Shown here: in pieces, positions 21,155 through 46,994 of the stretch
Layout: each line of letters begins with the position of its first letter
How positions within the stretch are numbered: position 1 is the stretch's first letter
NCBI RefSeq assembly: GCF_044704955.1
Contig: NC_091980.1
Location: forward strand, 130,386,001-130,450,000
Source of the DNA: Pristiophorus japonicus
Lineage: Eukaryota
Direction of reading: 5' to 3'
Length of the DNA: 64,000 bases
Position numbers and translations under genes: made by a program
The notes under the pieces: model-generated
What the model saw: only the letters and a program-made list of their open reading frames with translations
Told to the model about the DNA's origin: nothing
The model's database searches: none

Positions 21155-22599
21155 CCTCAACCGTGTTCTCCCTGTGGCCGAGGAGCTCCGACCGGAGTCA
21201 CAGTGCGTATTTCATCCCCTACGGGTAACAACGGACATGATCTTTGCAGCACGCCAATTGCAGAAAAAATGCAGGGAGCAGCGCATTTATACATGGCATT
21301 TTTCGATCTTATAAAGGCCTTTGAGACTGTCGACCGTGAGGGCTTATGGAGCTTCCTCCCTCCATTTTGGATACCCCCAAAAGTTTATCAACATTCTTCG
21401 CCTGCTCCACATCGACATGCGGGGTCAAACAGGGCTGCTTCATCGCTCCAACGCTTTTCTCAATCTTCCTCGCTGCCAACTCCACCTTACTGTCAACAAG
21501 CTTCCTGCTGGAGTGGAACTAAACTACAGAATCAGTGGGAAGCAGTTTAACCTATGCCCTCTCCAGACCTGGTCCAAGACCACCCAAACCTATGTCGTTG
21601 AACTGCACTATGCGGACGACACCTGCGTCTGCGCACATTCTGAGGCTGAACTCCAGGATATCGTCGCTGCAGTCACTGTGGCATATGAAATCATCGGCCT
21701 TATACTTAACATCCAAAAGGGAAAGGTCCTCCACCAGCCTGTCTTCGCCGCACAGCACGGCCCCCAGACATCAAAATTCACGGCGTGGCCCTCGACAATG
21801 TGGACCACTTCCCATACCGCGGGAGCCTCCTGTCAACAAAGGCAGACATTTATGCGGAGATTCAATATCGCCTCCAGTGCGCCAGTGCAGCCTTTGGCTG
21901 CCTGAGGAAAGGAGTGTTCGAAGACCAGGCCCTCAAACCTACCACCAAGCTCACGCTCTATAGGGCTGTAGTAATACCACCCTATTGTATGGATCAGAGG
22001 CATGGACAACTTACAGAAGGCACATCCAGTCGCTGGAGATATATCACCAAAGATGCCTCCATAAGATCCTGCAAATTCCCTGTGAGGACAGACACACCGA
22101 CATCAGTGTCCTAACACTGGCTAACATCCCCATCATTGAAGCACTAACCACATGTGATCAGCTTTGCTGGGCAGGCCACTTAGTCCACATGCCAGACATG
22201 AGACTCCCTAAGCAACTGCTCTATGCGGAACTCCTTTATGGCAAACGAGCCAAAGTTGAGCAGTGGAAACGTTACAAGGACACCCTCAAAACCTCTCTGA
22301 TGAAGTGCGACAGCACCACTGATGCCTGGGAGACCCTGGCCGAAGACCATCCTCATTGGAAAAAGTATATCCGGGAGGGCGTTGATCTCTTCGAATCTCA
22401 ATGCTGTGAGCGTGTAGAGGTCAGGCAGCGGAAGGAACGTGTGGTAAATCAGTGCCACCCACCCCCTTCCCCCGACGAATATCTGTCCCATTTGTGACAG
22501 GGTCTGTGGCTTTCATGTTGGACTGTTCAGCCACCAAAGAACTCACTTTAGGAGTGAAAGCAAGTCTTCCTCGATGCCGAGCGACTGCCTATGATGATG
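21155..22599 (+). mobile_element. 5'-truncated RTE-clade LINE, unit-1 copy
   Basis: YMAFFDLIKAFETVDREGLW, LHYADD, YGSEAW, RLPKQLLYAEL; (ATG)n tail at 22591-22599. Confidence 0.88.
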
Positions 22600-22649
22600 G
22601 GTTCAGCTGCAGGTATTCCTCGTTCTGAGCTCAGATCTGCGCTGATGGT

Positions 22650-22885
22650 TAACACTCATCTGTGCCTTTTTATCTCTAGAATTGACTATTTCAATGCTCT
22701 CCTGCTAGTCTTACATGCTCCATAAACTTAAGTTAATCCAAAACTCGGCTGCCCGTATCCTAACACACACCGAGTCCCACTCACCCATGACCCCTGTGCT
22801 TGTGGACCATCATTGGCTCCCGGTCTGACAGCGCCTCAAATTTAAGATTCTTATCCTTGTATTAAAATCCCACCATGGCCCCTCA
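22650..22885 (+). mobile_element. L2 LINE fragment (paralogue ~49230-49460)
   Basis: Translates to SRIDYFNALL...KLKLIQNSAARIL...HWLPV, a typical L2 ORF2 C-terminus. Confidence 0.7.
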
Positions 22886-23584
22886 CTCACCTCTTTTCCC
22901 AGCATATTGATAATATCAGTGCTTTTTCCTGCTCTCACAATAAACTGGAACATTTAATTCACTATGTTCCCAATTTCCACCCTTCACTCACCTTCACATG
23001 GTCCATTTCTGTCACTTCACTTCCCTTTCTCGACTTCTCTGTCTATCGCCTCAGTCTATCAGACAAATATCCAATGACCTGTTTGGATGTTGCTTCAAAC
23101 CCGCAGATACCTGCAAATGACCAACCTACTGAACAATCCAGAACTCTTAAAAAGACACTGAATCGCAAACAACAGAGGATTCAATGAACCTTTCAAGGTG
23201 GCCATTAACTGGTCCAGGCAGAGCACGGTCGATAGGGTGTTCTTTCTGTCTGCCTGCCTTTGTTCCGCGGCTATATCCATGCCCGGGTATGCCTGGATTG
23301 GGAGCACGCGGTGTCTGCCGGTATGATTGAGGCTTTCCGTCATCGGAGGGCACCAGAGGGAGGGGAGCGCAGTGTGGATACAGGGAAATAATATAAATTT
23401 TTTAAGTTTTTATGTTAGTTTTGTCATAATGTGGATCTGACAGTTTATTCCCCCTTATGGTTTAAGTGTTTCCGATAGCTGAATTAAAATGCCCAAAGAA
23501 TAGAGAATCCAATTAAACCTGTGACTCTGGATATTTGAACTGTGTTTGAGGAAAGTTCGGACAATTGAGATCCTCATTGAGATG

Positions 23585-23755
23585 TCAGCCAATGATGCTC
23601 ATTCTTCAAAGATCTGATTGGCTCTGGGAGTCCATCTCCCTCCTCCCTTTACTTGATTGGTGCTCTGAGAAGATACAACTTCTGATTGGGTATTGATGAC
23701 TGTCACTCATCATCAAGAGTGCCACACCCTTGATTATCTTTCAGTATAAATATTG
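23585..23755 (+). promoter_or_regulatory. Ferritin C promoter: four CCAAT/ATTGG boxes and TATA (paralogues ~50170-50335, ~58500-58670)
   Basis: CCAAT at 23589; ATTGG at 23617, 23656 and 23685; TATAAAT at 23745-23751. Confidence 0.78.
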
Positions 23756-23827
23756 GAGTTTGATATTAGTGAAATGTTATCTTTGTACTTCTAAAAAGTT
23801 TTTACTTTGGAAAAATAAAATATTAAG

Positions 23828-32800
<8,973 letters not shown>

Positions 32801-35800
32801 AGCTTCTGATCAGTACTCATGTTTATACAAATGTGTGTGAAACTCTGTCCTACATAGAATGGTGGCTTTGTACAGGCTGAGACCTAGCCTCTTGATGTGA
32901 AATGTAATCAACTGTAAATAAGCTGTTCAATATTGGACTGGGTTTTGTCTCCTAGCAAGTTAGTGGTTACTTATTTTCCATGTACCATAACTTGTTTGCA
33001 GCACAAGTATTGCATTCGGCTATGCAACAATCATACATTGGCCTCCTATGCTGTAACCACTCAACTGGCTCTCCAAGAGCACTTCAGCTCGTCCTACTCC
33101 CTTGCATTTTCCCTGTTGCCCTGCAATGTTTTTCCTTCATGTACTTGTTCAATCCTATGATTGAAACTGCTTTCACCACCCTCTCAGGCAGTGCAATCCA
33201 GATATTAACCACTCATTGCATAAAAGTTTATCCTCATGTCAGCTGTGGTACTTCTGCCAATTGTCTTAAATTTGTGTCTGCTGGTTCTCGTCCCTTCTAC
33301 CAGTGTTAATAGTCATATAGTTTTGCTCTTTGCTGGGGTAATTTCAATATATTGACAGTTATATTCATAAAAACATAAGAGCAGTCGTTGTCTATTTGGT
33401 TCTTTAAAGACTGCACCACCATTAAATATGATCATAACTAATTCTTTACCACCACCATGTTCATGCTTTTACCCCATAGCCCTGGATGCCTTTTGTATCA
33501 AGATATCTCACATCCTTCTTAAATATATTCAGAAATTGGCCTCCACTGCCTTCTGTCGTCAATACTTCCCCAATTTCCCCATCCTGAGTGAAAACATTTA
33601 TCATCTTTGTGCTAAATTTCCTACAGTATATTCTGAGCCTGTGACTTTTTATTCTCAACTTCCCAGCAAAGGGCTACTTCCTCCCCACATCCAATCTCTC
33701 CAAACCAGTCTGAATTTTATGATTTAATAAGATCCCCTTTCACTCTTCTGGTGAATACAGGACTGGTCAAACTATTCTCTCTTCATACGACAATCTTTCC
33801 ATCCAAGGAATCAGTCTGTGGAACTTCGCTGCGCTCTTAAGGAGACCCAAAACTGTGCACAATACACCAGGTGTAGTTTCACCAAGGCCATGTATAATTG
33901 TAGTAAGACATCCTTGCTCCTGTACTGTGGGAAAAATTGGAAATATTACATTTGGTTTCTTCCTCCAAATCTATTTATATATGTGATTAGTTGGGGCCCA
34001 AGCACCGATCCCTGTGGTATCCCACTAGTCACGACACACCACCCAGGAAAAGACCTGTTTATTCCGACTGTGTTTTCTATCAATTAACCAATTTTCAATC
34101 CATAGTATATTACCCCCAATCCCATGTGCTTTAATTTTGCACACTAACCGCTTGTGGGACTTTATCAAAGGCCTTCTGAAAATCCAAATACACGACATCC
34201 ACTGGTTCTCCCTTATCTAATCTCAGTTACATCCTCGAAAAAAACTCCAGTAGGTTTGTCAAACACAATTTTCTTTTCATAAATCCATATTGACTTTGTC
34301 TAATCCCGTTGATATTTTCTAAGTGTCCCTTTATCACATTCTACTAATGTTAGGCTAACCGGGCTGCAGTTACCTGTTTTCTTTCTCCTTCCTTTTTAAA
34401 ATAGTGGCGTTACATTTGCCACTCTCCATTCTACGGCAACTGTTCCATAATCTGTAGAAATTTGGAAGATGATAACCAATGCAACCACTATTTCCATGAC
34501 TACCACTTTTATTCCTCTGGGATGCAAATTATCAGGCCCTGGGGATTTATCAGCTTTCAGTCCCATTAGTTTCTCCAGCACTATTTTCTGACTAATAATC
34601 ATTACCTTTAATTTCTCTTGCTCACGAGATCCTTAGTTCCCTAGCATTTCTGTGATATTATTTGTGTCCTCTTCTGTAAAGACAGAACCAAAGTATTCAA
34701 TTGTTCTGCCATTTCCTTGTTCCCCATTATAAATGATCCCATTTGTGACTGAAAAGGACCTACATTTGTCTTCACTTATCTTTTTCTTTTTACAGACTGG
34801 GAGAAACTTTTACAGTCAGTTTTTATGATCCTTGCAAGTTTAGTCTCACACTATTTTCCTCCTCTTAAACAATCTCTTGGTCCTTTTTTGCTGAATACTA
34901 AATTGCTCCCAATCCTCAGGATTGCTACTTGTTCTGGCAACTTTGTATGACTCCTCTTTGGATCTAATACTATCCTTATATTCTTGTGTAAACCATGGTT
35001 GGGCCACTTTTCCTTTTGTGTTTTTGCAGCAGAAAGGAATGTATAATTGTTGCAATTCATGCATTCGTTACTTAAATGTTAGCCATTGACTATCCACCAT
35101 CATGCCTTTTAATGACTCTTCCCAATCTATCATAGCCATTCCTCATACCTTCATAGTTTCCTCTGTTTAGATTTAGGACCTAGTTTTGGATTGGACATCT
35201 TCACTTTCAATCTTCATAAAGAATTCAATTATGTTATGATCATTCTTCCCTAAAGGACCCCGCACAAAAAGACTATTAATTAACCCCTTCTCATTGTACA
35301 ATACCCAATCTACGATAGGTATTCAGACATGTTGAAGATCTAATTTCAATTGTACGTATATGTAACGACTCAAAAATCTGGTTCCTGTAAACTCACTCAG
35401 GTGCAACATCATCCATCTTTATTCCAGCCCAAGAGTGCCAGTGTGACAAAGACACCCAGCTTATATACAGGTGATCATGCACACATGCCACGTGTGTTCA
35501 GCCCGATGATCTCCGACCGCGGCGCCCTCTGTGTCTTGTGACTCCCAAGCATTAATACAGAAGAGTATATCTTGCAAATTCTATTCATGCATTTCAATCT
35601 AGCGTTGCAACGCTGTAATACAACAAGTGAAAATGTTCACGTTTGTTCAGCCACATAAGGCAGTGAGACCACAGGTACATTTTAGTGTCTTAATGGAGGC
35701 AGAGAGGTTTACATAATAACATGCGTATGCCATTTGGCACATCGAGCCTGTTCCGCCATTCAGTAAAATCATGACTGGTCTGATCTTGGTCTCAATACTT

Positions 35801-35927
35801 TCCTGCCTGTTCCCCATAACCCTTGACTCCCCTATTGTTCAAAAATCTATCTATCTCCACCTTAAATGTATTCAATGACCCTGCCTCCACACACGCACAC
35901 ACACACGCACACACATACAGACACACA

Positions 35928-36147
35928 CAGTACTGAGTGAGTGCCGCACTGACAGAGGGGCAGTACTGACGGATTGCCGCACTGTTAGAGGGGCAGTACT
36001 GAGGGAGCACGACACTGTCGGAGGGGCAGTACTGAGGGAGCGCTGCACTGTCAGAGGGGCAATACTCATAAGATTCTGCACTATCGGAGGGGCAGCACTA
36101 AGGGATTGCCACACTGTCTGAAGGGCAGTACTGAGGGATTGTTGCAC
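35928..36147 (+). repeat. 33-bp minisatellite, unit-2 copy (about 6.5 units)
   Basis: Same unit as 11570-11823. Confidence 0.92.
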
Positions 36148-37822
36148 AGACTCATGTTTGATACAGGTGGGTCAACTGTGCTCATTGGTGGCATCTCCCC
36201 CGAAAGGGTAGTGCCTGTGGTGTGATTGGTGGCTCCGGATCTGAATCACTGCCGCACTCTCTGCCCTATCTAAGGCAGAGTTTTAATCCAAGGGAACACC
36301 CCTCATCAGCTCATCCAGGACTGAACCACTTCTGCACTGAAACCAGACGTCACGGCTTTGGATCTCCTGGATACACCAGCATGAAAGGTCAATGACCAGA
36401 GGGGAGAGATGAGGACGATTATTTTAACGCAGCGTGTTGTTGTGATCCGGAACGCGCTGCCTGAAAGGGCGGTGGAATCAGATTCAACAGTAACTTTGAA
36501 GAGGGAATTGCATATACACTTGACAAAAGTTGCAGAGCTGAGGAGTGGGACTAATTGGATCGCTCTTTTAAAGTGCCTGCACAGGCACGATGGGCCGAAT
36601 GGCCTCTTTCTGTGCTGATAGAATCTATGATGAGCCAGTTAGAGCATATCTGAGCCTCATCATTTCAATCAGTTTAAAATATTCATCATTTCGATCAGAT
36701 TTAAATATTCTTTCGCCTCACTGAAAACCGACTGTAAAAGGACACGTCTAACACATCAAATTGAGGGGCAGGAAAAGATCAGCTGGTCCATCAAGCCTGC
36801 CCCAAAACATGCCGGAGCAAATCATAGAATCATAGAATGGGTACAGCACAGAGGGAGGCCATTCGGCCCGTCGAGCCCGTGCCCGCTCTCTGCAAGAGCA
36901 ATTCAGCTAGTCCCACTCCCCCGCCCTTCCCCCACAACCCTGCTATTAATTTTTCCTTCAGGTACTTATCCAATTCCATTTTGAAAGCCACGATTGAGTC
37001 TACCTCCACCACCCTCTCGGGCATTGCATTCCAGATCCCAACCACTCGCTGTGTAAACATGTCGCCTTTGGTTCTTTTGCCAGTCACTTTAATTCTGTGT
37101 CCTCTGGTTCTTGACCCTTCTGCCAATGGGAACAGTTCCTGTCTATCAACTCTGTCCAGACACCTCATGATTTTGAATCCCTCTATCAAATGGAGATGTG
37201 GGTGACAATGTGTTCAGTAATGTTCACTCCCTCTCATTTTCGCTCAATATATTGAATTTACCAGGCATCATTCCATGAGAATAAAAATGACAGATTGTTG
37301 ATGCCCCCATGTAGCCAATCCTCAGACACATCCCCATTCTCTATATTCGAACTGGGGGAAGTTCACACCATCCACAGGATGGAATTCCCATTCAACTTGC
37401 CAATGGTTGGTTTGTAAATGCACCAAGATGACTTGATTGCTTTGAATATTGTCTCAGTGCCACAGAAACTTGCAAGTAACAAACTTCGCCAGATTATGAA
37501 AAACCCCTTTGGCGAAAGTAGAAAATTATCATTTCATTCAAGTGAGAGCGTTAAACAACGGCAGACGTTCAAGGAACCCAAAGGCAGTGACATCACCAAG
37601 ACTGATCTCCCCCAGCACCCTCCCCCAAATCCCCTCTCCTTTGTTAATTGGTGCCTCAATTCAGGGAAGATTCTTGATTGGCTCTGAGGGATTGTCAATC
37701 ATCATTGGTGATGTCATACCCTGTTTGAAGGCAGCTGTTCCAATAGTATAAATAGAGGAGCTTGTGCAAGACAGTGTGAGTTTCAGAACTGTGCAGAGGA
37801 TAGTGAAATATAGACAGTGAAG

Positions 37823-40373
<2,551 letters not shown>

Positions 40374-43300
40374 ACTGACTGATTGGATCAAGATTATTAT
40401 ACTTAGTCCTTGTATTTATATAATCGACCCCTGTCCTGAGGGAATTATGCCTTGTAACTTTGTGTAAAGAGCTGAGACCTGTCACTGTGACTAAATGGAA
40501 ATGCTGGAGTGTGCTTTGTCACCTTGTCAGTTTGAGTGGTTGCTCATTTTTCATTTTACTTAACATTGTTTACATCAAACAAGAATTATGTTGATCTGGG
40601 CAACAGTTATATGGGATTCAGTCCTATGAAATGTGTTTATTCTCTAGTGTAATGTTGCTATATTGACTAGGATATGCAGGCACCTGTTGTAAGATCTAAA
40701 ATGTTCAAGGGTGTGGTCAGATAACTGACAGCCCCAAGGGATATTGGCTCAGTGACAAAAAGCATGATTGGAGGTATGTATTAAGATGTTTAAGGAGGGA
40801 TCTCTAGAGCTGGGGACTTAAAAGCTACATAAAATTGACTTCCTGCTATCTCCCCTTGCATAAATGAAAATTCAATCCAACAAGAAACAGGGGGCTGATT
40901 TGCCATTAAATCATTGTTGCACCATTTCAATCCAGTGAAGAAAAAGTCCTGGATTAGCTTCCTATTTTGTGTATCTGTCTTGTGAAGTTGTTGGTATTGT
41001 GTAGCTGCACTAGATCCTGTTCAGTTATCCATGTAGTTAAGCAATGGGATTCACCACTGCTGCTGTAGCCTTTCTGTTGAGCTTTGTCGGCAGACAAGCA
41101 ATGTCTCAGCTCATGGAACTCTGCCCACTACAATTGGGCGAGGAGGGAAAGCAACAGGTGCCATCAGCTTGCTGTCACAGCTTCATTGGTTAGTGTGGAT
41201 ACCCTAGTGGGTGTGGTTCCTTTGTCCCTTGTGTTTATTAAGCTTCTCCTTAAATGCATCTATACTCTTGGCATTCAGAATTATTACTGTGGGTAGCTCA
41301 GTAAATGTGCTGCTGCTGCAGATTTTGTGTTCAGATGTGTGTGCAATGAAGTGAGTAACAGCTATTGACATCAGCAATGTCTGAGCTCAAGGACAGCATT
41401 GATTGCCTCTCCCTAATTGCTGTTGTAAAGGTGCTGGTCAGCCACATTCTTGAACTGCTGCAGCTTTGGTGGGAAGGTACTCCCAGTGCTTTTCGGCAGG
41501 GAGTTCCTGGATTTTACTGCAGTGACAAAAAAGGAACCGTGATATATTTCCAGGTCAGGTTGGTGTGTAACTTGAAGGTGATAGTATTCCCTAACTTCTG
41601 CCCTTTTCCTTCTAATTGCTAGAGCTTGTGGCATAGCTTGTGCTGCTGAAAAAGCCTTGGCGAGTTGCTGCAGTGCATCTTGTTGATGGTACACACTGCA
41701 GCCATGGTGCGCCATTGGTGGAAGCAGTGTATGTGGATGGGGTGCCAATCAAGTGGGCTGCTTTGTCCTAGATGGTGTCGAGCTTCTTTATTGTCACACT
41801 CAACTAGGTAAGTGGAGAGTATTGCACCACACTCTTGTGCCTTGTTGATGCTGGAAAGACTTTAGGGTGTCAGGAGATGAGACGCTTACTCAAAACACCC
41901 AGCCTCTGGCCTGCTCTTCCTACCTGAGTATTTATGCGTCCGGGCTAGTTAAATTAAAGATTAGTGGTGACCCCCAGGGGCTGATGCTGGGGAATGCAGC
42001 AACAGTGAATGTTAAGGGAAGGTGGTTAGATTCTTCCTTGTTGCAGATAGTCGTTGCCTGGCACTTGTGTGGTGCCATTGTTACTTGCCCATTATCAGCC
42101 CCACACTGAATGTCATCCAGGTATTGGCGCATATGGGCATGGACTGCTTCATTGTCTGATGTGTTGCAAATGGAACAGAACACTGGAATCATCAGTAAAC
42201 ATCCCCACTTCTGGCCTTTTATGATGGAGGGAAGGTTATTGATGGAGCAGCTTAAGATAGTTGGGCCAAGGACACTACCCTGAGGAATTCCTGCACCCAT
42301 GTCCTGGGGCTGAGATGATGGACCTCCGACAAGCACGACTATCTTCCTTTGTGCTAGATATGGCTCCAGCTCGTTGAGTTTCCTATATTCGCATTGACAT
42401 CAATTTTACGAGGGATACAAGATGCCGCACTCCGTCAGATGCTGCCTTGCTATCCAAGGCAGTCTCTCTCTCCTCACTGGGAATTCAGATCCTTTGTAGA
42501 TATTTGGACTGCAATGAAGTCAGGACCCGAGTCATCCTGGCACAACCCAAACTGGGCATCGGTGAGCAGATTATTGTTGGCAAAATCTTCCATCACTTTG
42601 CTGATGATTGAGAGTAGACTGATGGGGAGGTAATTGGCTTGAATGGATTTGTCCTTTTTCTGGACAGGATGTACCAGGGCAGTTTTTCACATTGTTGGGT
42701 AGATGTCATTGTCTCTACTGGAAGAGCTTGGCTAGAGGTGTGGGCATGAATTTACAGATTGTGGTGCAATACAATTCTGCAACTGCTGACTGCCCACAAT
42801 GTCTCATGGATGCCCAGTTTTGAACTGGTAGATCTGTTTTGAATCTATTCCACTTAACACTGTGGTTGAGACACTCCCCACGAAGAAAGGTGTCCTCAGT
42901 GTGAAGACAAGTCTTTGTCTCCAAAAGGACTGTGGTAATCAATGCTGTCATGGACAGATGAATCTGTGACAGTTGATTGGTGAGGACGAGTTTAGTAAGT
43001 TTTACCCTTGTGTTCATTCTCTCACCATTGACTCAAGCTCAATCTGTCAGCGATGTCCTTCAGGATTCAGCCAGCTTGGTCAGTGCTATCAAGCCCCTCC
43101 TTGGTGATGGACATTCAAGTCCATTGCTAATATCAGTGCTTCTTCCAAGTAGCCTTCATGGTGGAGTAATGATTCATCAGCTGAGGGAGGGCAGTAGTTG
43201 GTAATCGGCAGGAGGTTTCCATGCCCATGCTTGACCTGAACGCATGGGACTTGATCGGGTCCAGAGTAACAGTTGAGGACTCCTATTGCTACTCCCTCCT

Positions 43301-43923
43301 GACTGTATACCACTGAACCGCCACCTCTGGTGGGTCTGCCCTTCTGGTGGGACAGGACATACACGGGGATGGTGATGGAGGAATCTGGGACATTGGCTGA
43401 GATGTATGATTCTTTGATTATGACAATGTCGGGCTGTTGCTTGACTAATCTGTGGGACAGCTCTCCATTTTGGCAGAAGATACCAGATGTTAGTGAGGAG
43501 AACTTTGCAGGGTCGACTGGGTTGTGTGTACCATTGTCATGTCAGAAGCCGATGTCGATGTGGGGTGGTCCGTCCTGTTTTATTTTTTGTTTCTCGTAGT
43601 GGTTTGTTATAATTAAGTGGCTTGCTAGGCCTTTTCGGAGGGCAGTTAAGACTCAACCACATTGCTTTGAGTTTGGAGTCTCATATAGGCGAGGTAAGGA
43701 CAGCAGATTTCCTTCCCTTAGGACATTAGTGAAGCAGATGGGTTTTTACAACAATCCGATAGGCCCTTGGGCAACATTACTGATACTAGCTTTTTATTCC
43801 AGATTTTAATTTAATTAACAATTTTAATTAACAATTTAACTTCCCCCAGCTGTCGTGGTGGGACTTTGGATCATTAGTCTAGGCCTCTGGATTACTCGTC
43901 CAGTAACCTAACCACTATGTTAA

Positions 43924-46767
43924 TGTTGTGTATGCATGCCTGTTTACTGTGTGATGTCTGTCACACTGTTATGCAACACTGAATGTACCCTTGCCTGTAC
44001 ACCAGAGGGTGCTGCTGCTGGAGACTTAAGGGTTACCTGCACACTGCAGGTAAGCCAGTGTAAAAAGGAACACACAGCTTATTGTCTTCACTCAGGAGCT
44101 GCAAACAAAGGACTGCAGGTCTGCACAGTTTGAGTATCATACCCTGCCTCGTGGAGTCATTACTAAAGGTGCCTACATACACTACAACTGGCGACGGGAA
44201 TACAAGGTCACAAAGTACACGCTCAACATATCTAACCTTAGTAACTTTCAGCAATTTACAGATGGGTAAGATTGGGATGTTTTTGTGGAAAGATTGTATC
44301 ACTTCTTTATAGCCAATGACCTGGACGGGGACACACCAGCTGCACTACCGAAGAAACGCAGGGCCACCATGCTTTGCATTTGTGGGCCCGCCATCTACAG
44401 GATTTACTCGCCCAGCAGAAGGCAACCACCAAGCGCTATGAGCAACTTGTAACAATCAAACCGAAAGAAAGCATCCTCACAGCCAGGCACCGGTTCTACA
44501 CTTACTGGTGACCTGAGGGCCAAGAAATTGCCAAGTATGCTGCACACTTAAGACTAGCTGCACCATGTGATTTTGGCGACCACCTTAATGAAGCACTAAG
44601 GGACATATTTGTCATCGGAATCGGCCACGAAGGCCTCCTACACAAATTACTCTCGGCTGACATCATGGTCACCCTGCAGAAAGCAATTCAAGTGAGCCAG
44701 GCCTACATGGTTTCGGCCTGCGAACCTAGGTGAATACTGACCCCAGGACTCTAAACCAACGAGAGCAGTGCACGGCATTGATACTTCTAAGGGCAGAAAT
44801 GCTGCCCCGAGTCCTGCAAACCTGAGTCCGCCACATGGGGCAAACCGCCTAGCCCAGTACCACTGCAAAGAGAAAAGGCACCTTCAAAGAATGTGTAGAA
44901 AAAGCTTTACTCACCGTGTCTCTGATGAGTTGGCTGATCACCCGGGGCTCCGACACAGAGGAAGGTGAAGTTGCTCAACCCCTGGAAGAAGAGTATGGAA
45001 CTCATACCTGCTCCACTAAAAGTTCTCGGTGGCCGATGAAGTAGACATCGACGGGGTTCTGCTTTCTATGGAGAGCGACACAGGGGTGAGCCAGTGTGCG
45101 ATAAGCCAAGCGACCTTTGAAGAACGTGGGATGAATCCCACCAATCGACCACAACGGCAGCCTGTCCAAGCGAAGCTGCTCTCAGGCCTCCGGGTTCCGG
45201 CAATCGACCTCGAACATGGATCCATCACCGTATCTGGAGGTTCCACGGTCCAGCTTGACTGCCCACAGCACCCCGGAGAAATCTCGGAGAACGAGGATCT
45301 AAACTCCACTTTCCGGGCCGGGGCAGCACTCCAAGAGGTGAACATCGATGAAAGAAATGGATTCCTAACATCAAGGATTGAACATGTGGAAGAAAAGAGC
45401 ACCACAGCCGACCTGCAGCAAGACTAGAAAATGGCTGCAGCACTACAAGCAGCAGAACCTGTAATCAAAATGAACTCCGCCATGCCACGAGTGAACATGG
45501 AGGAGCGTCACGTGACACCGAGCGGCCAATTGGATTTGAAAGCTCCCTGAAAGGAGACCGGTAACCAAATAAATATAAAGGGGACGTTTCAACTATTTGA
45601 GTACACAGACTTTTAAAGCTAAAGATGCGATTAAAGGATGCAAATATGAAAATGTATGCAATGTAACAATGAATTGTGATGCTGGTTTAACTAATGTGAC
45701 TAATGAGATGAATGCAGGTGTCAGTCACGTTAAGAACAAGTTTGTTGCGCTTAACGATAATGATAGAGAATACAAAATGCCTAATGTAACCATGTCTGTT
45801 GAAACTAGGACACCCAAAAGTGATGCAAATGCTAGAATGTATAATGCAGGCCTGAATGTGTGATCAGAGCCAATGTATCATGTATAGCGGTAGGACACTG
45901 CCAAAGGACATTGGGTCTTATAGGGACTATGTTTGTCAATAAAAATTCCCTGGTGGGAGACCCCCCAGCTCTAGCAGGCTAGCTGACCATGTAACTTGGA
46001 GTTTTGGAAAGAATGTGATGCCCCTTGCAGTACACACACACACAGCCAGTGAGAGCACACCCACTTCAGGGACAGTGGTCAATGGGCAGCCCAGCCACCA
46101 CCAATGGCAACCTGCACCAGATCAACCCTCCAACCCCTGGCCACCAGGGCCAAGACCAGGAGCATGAGATCAATACCCTCCAGCTTCCCTGGAATGACCT
46201 GACCCTTATCCCAATTGATGGACAAGGAGCCCACCCAGTCTTGTGGCCCTGCCCACAACTACCCATCTCACAGTGTATACACACCACCCACTGCTGCCGT
46301 TGCTACCCGCCCCTCCACCGAGGGATCCCACAACAGTAACACACACATGGTCTGTGTGTGAGGGAGGGGAAACATGAGGCCAGCCTCAAGCACAGGGGTC
46401 ACACCTAGCGACCACACAATGCTCACTGCAACCACCCCTAGCCCACCAGTGCTCGCCTCCACTGGGCACGATAATAATGGTATGAAAAATGCTTAGGAAG
46501 GAAGTGTTGTGTCTGCATGCCTGTTTACTGTGTGATGTCTGTAACACTGTTATGCAACACTGAATGTACCCTTGCCTGTACACCAGAGGGTGCTGCTGCT
46601 GGAGACCTAAGGGTTAACTGCACACTACAGGTAACCCAGTATAAAAAGGAACACACAGCTTATTGTCTTCACTCAGGAGCTGCAAACAAAGGACTGCAGG
46701 TCTGCACAGTTTAAGTATCATACCCTGCCTCGTGGAGTCATTACTAAAGATGCCTACATACACTACA
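43924..46767 (+). mobile_element. Non-autonomous Gypsy-type LTR element (gag and protease remnants, no RT or integrase seen)
   Basis: 263-bp TG...CA LTRs at 43924-44186 and 46505-46767 (9 mismatches by my count); PBS TGGCGACGGG at 44189; PPT AGGAAGGAAG at 46495-46504; TSD GTTAA/GTTAC; protease-like MESDTGVSQCAI at ~45070. Empty site GTTAC at 20466-20470. Confidence 0.92.
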
Positions 46768-46783
46768 GTTACCGTACTCTGTG

Positions 46784-46994
46784 TGATGCTTTCACTATAA
46801 AGGATAAAACTGAGTACTGTGAACAATGAGCAAGTGTGACTTTAGCTTCTTTAATAAGACTCCAGAGTGTAGGTACCGTGGGGTGGCCTGCTTATATACT
46901 GTGCTCCCAAGGGATGCTGGGATCCCTTTGGACACCAACAGGTAGGCCTTCTGGTGGTGATTAATACAGGGTGCAAGGGGTTAAATACATAACA
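46784..46994 (-). mobile_element. Solo LTR, unit-2 specific
   Basis: TG...CA ends, degenerate 5-bp TSD (CTGTG/CTTTA; empty site CTTTG at ~20477), reverse-strand TATA and ATTAAA. Absent from unit 1. Confidence 0.7.
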
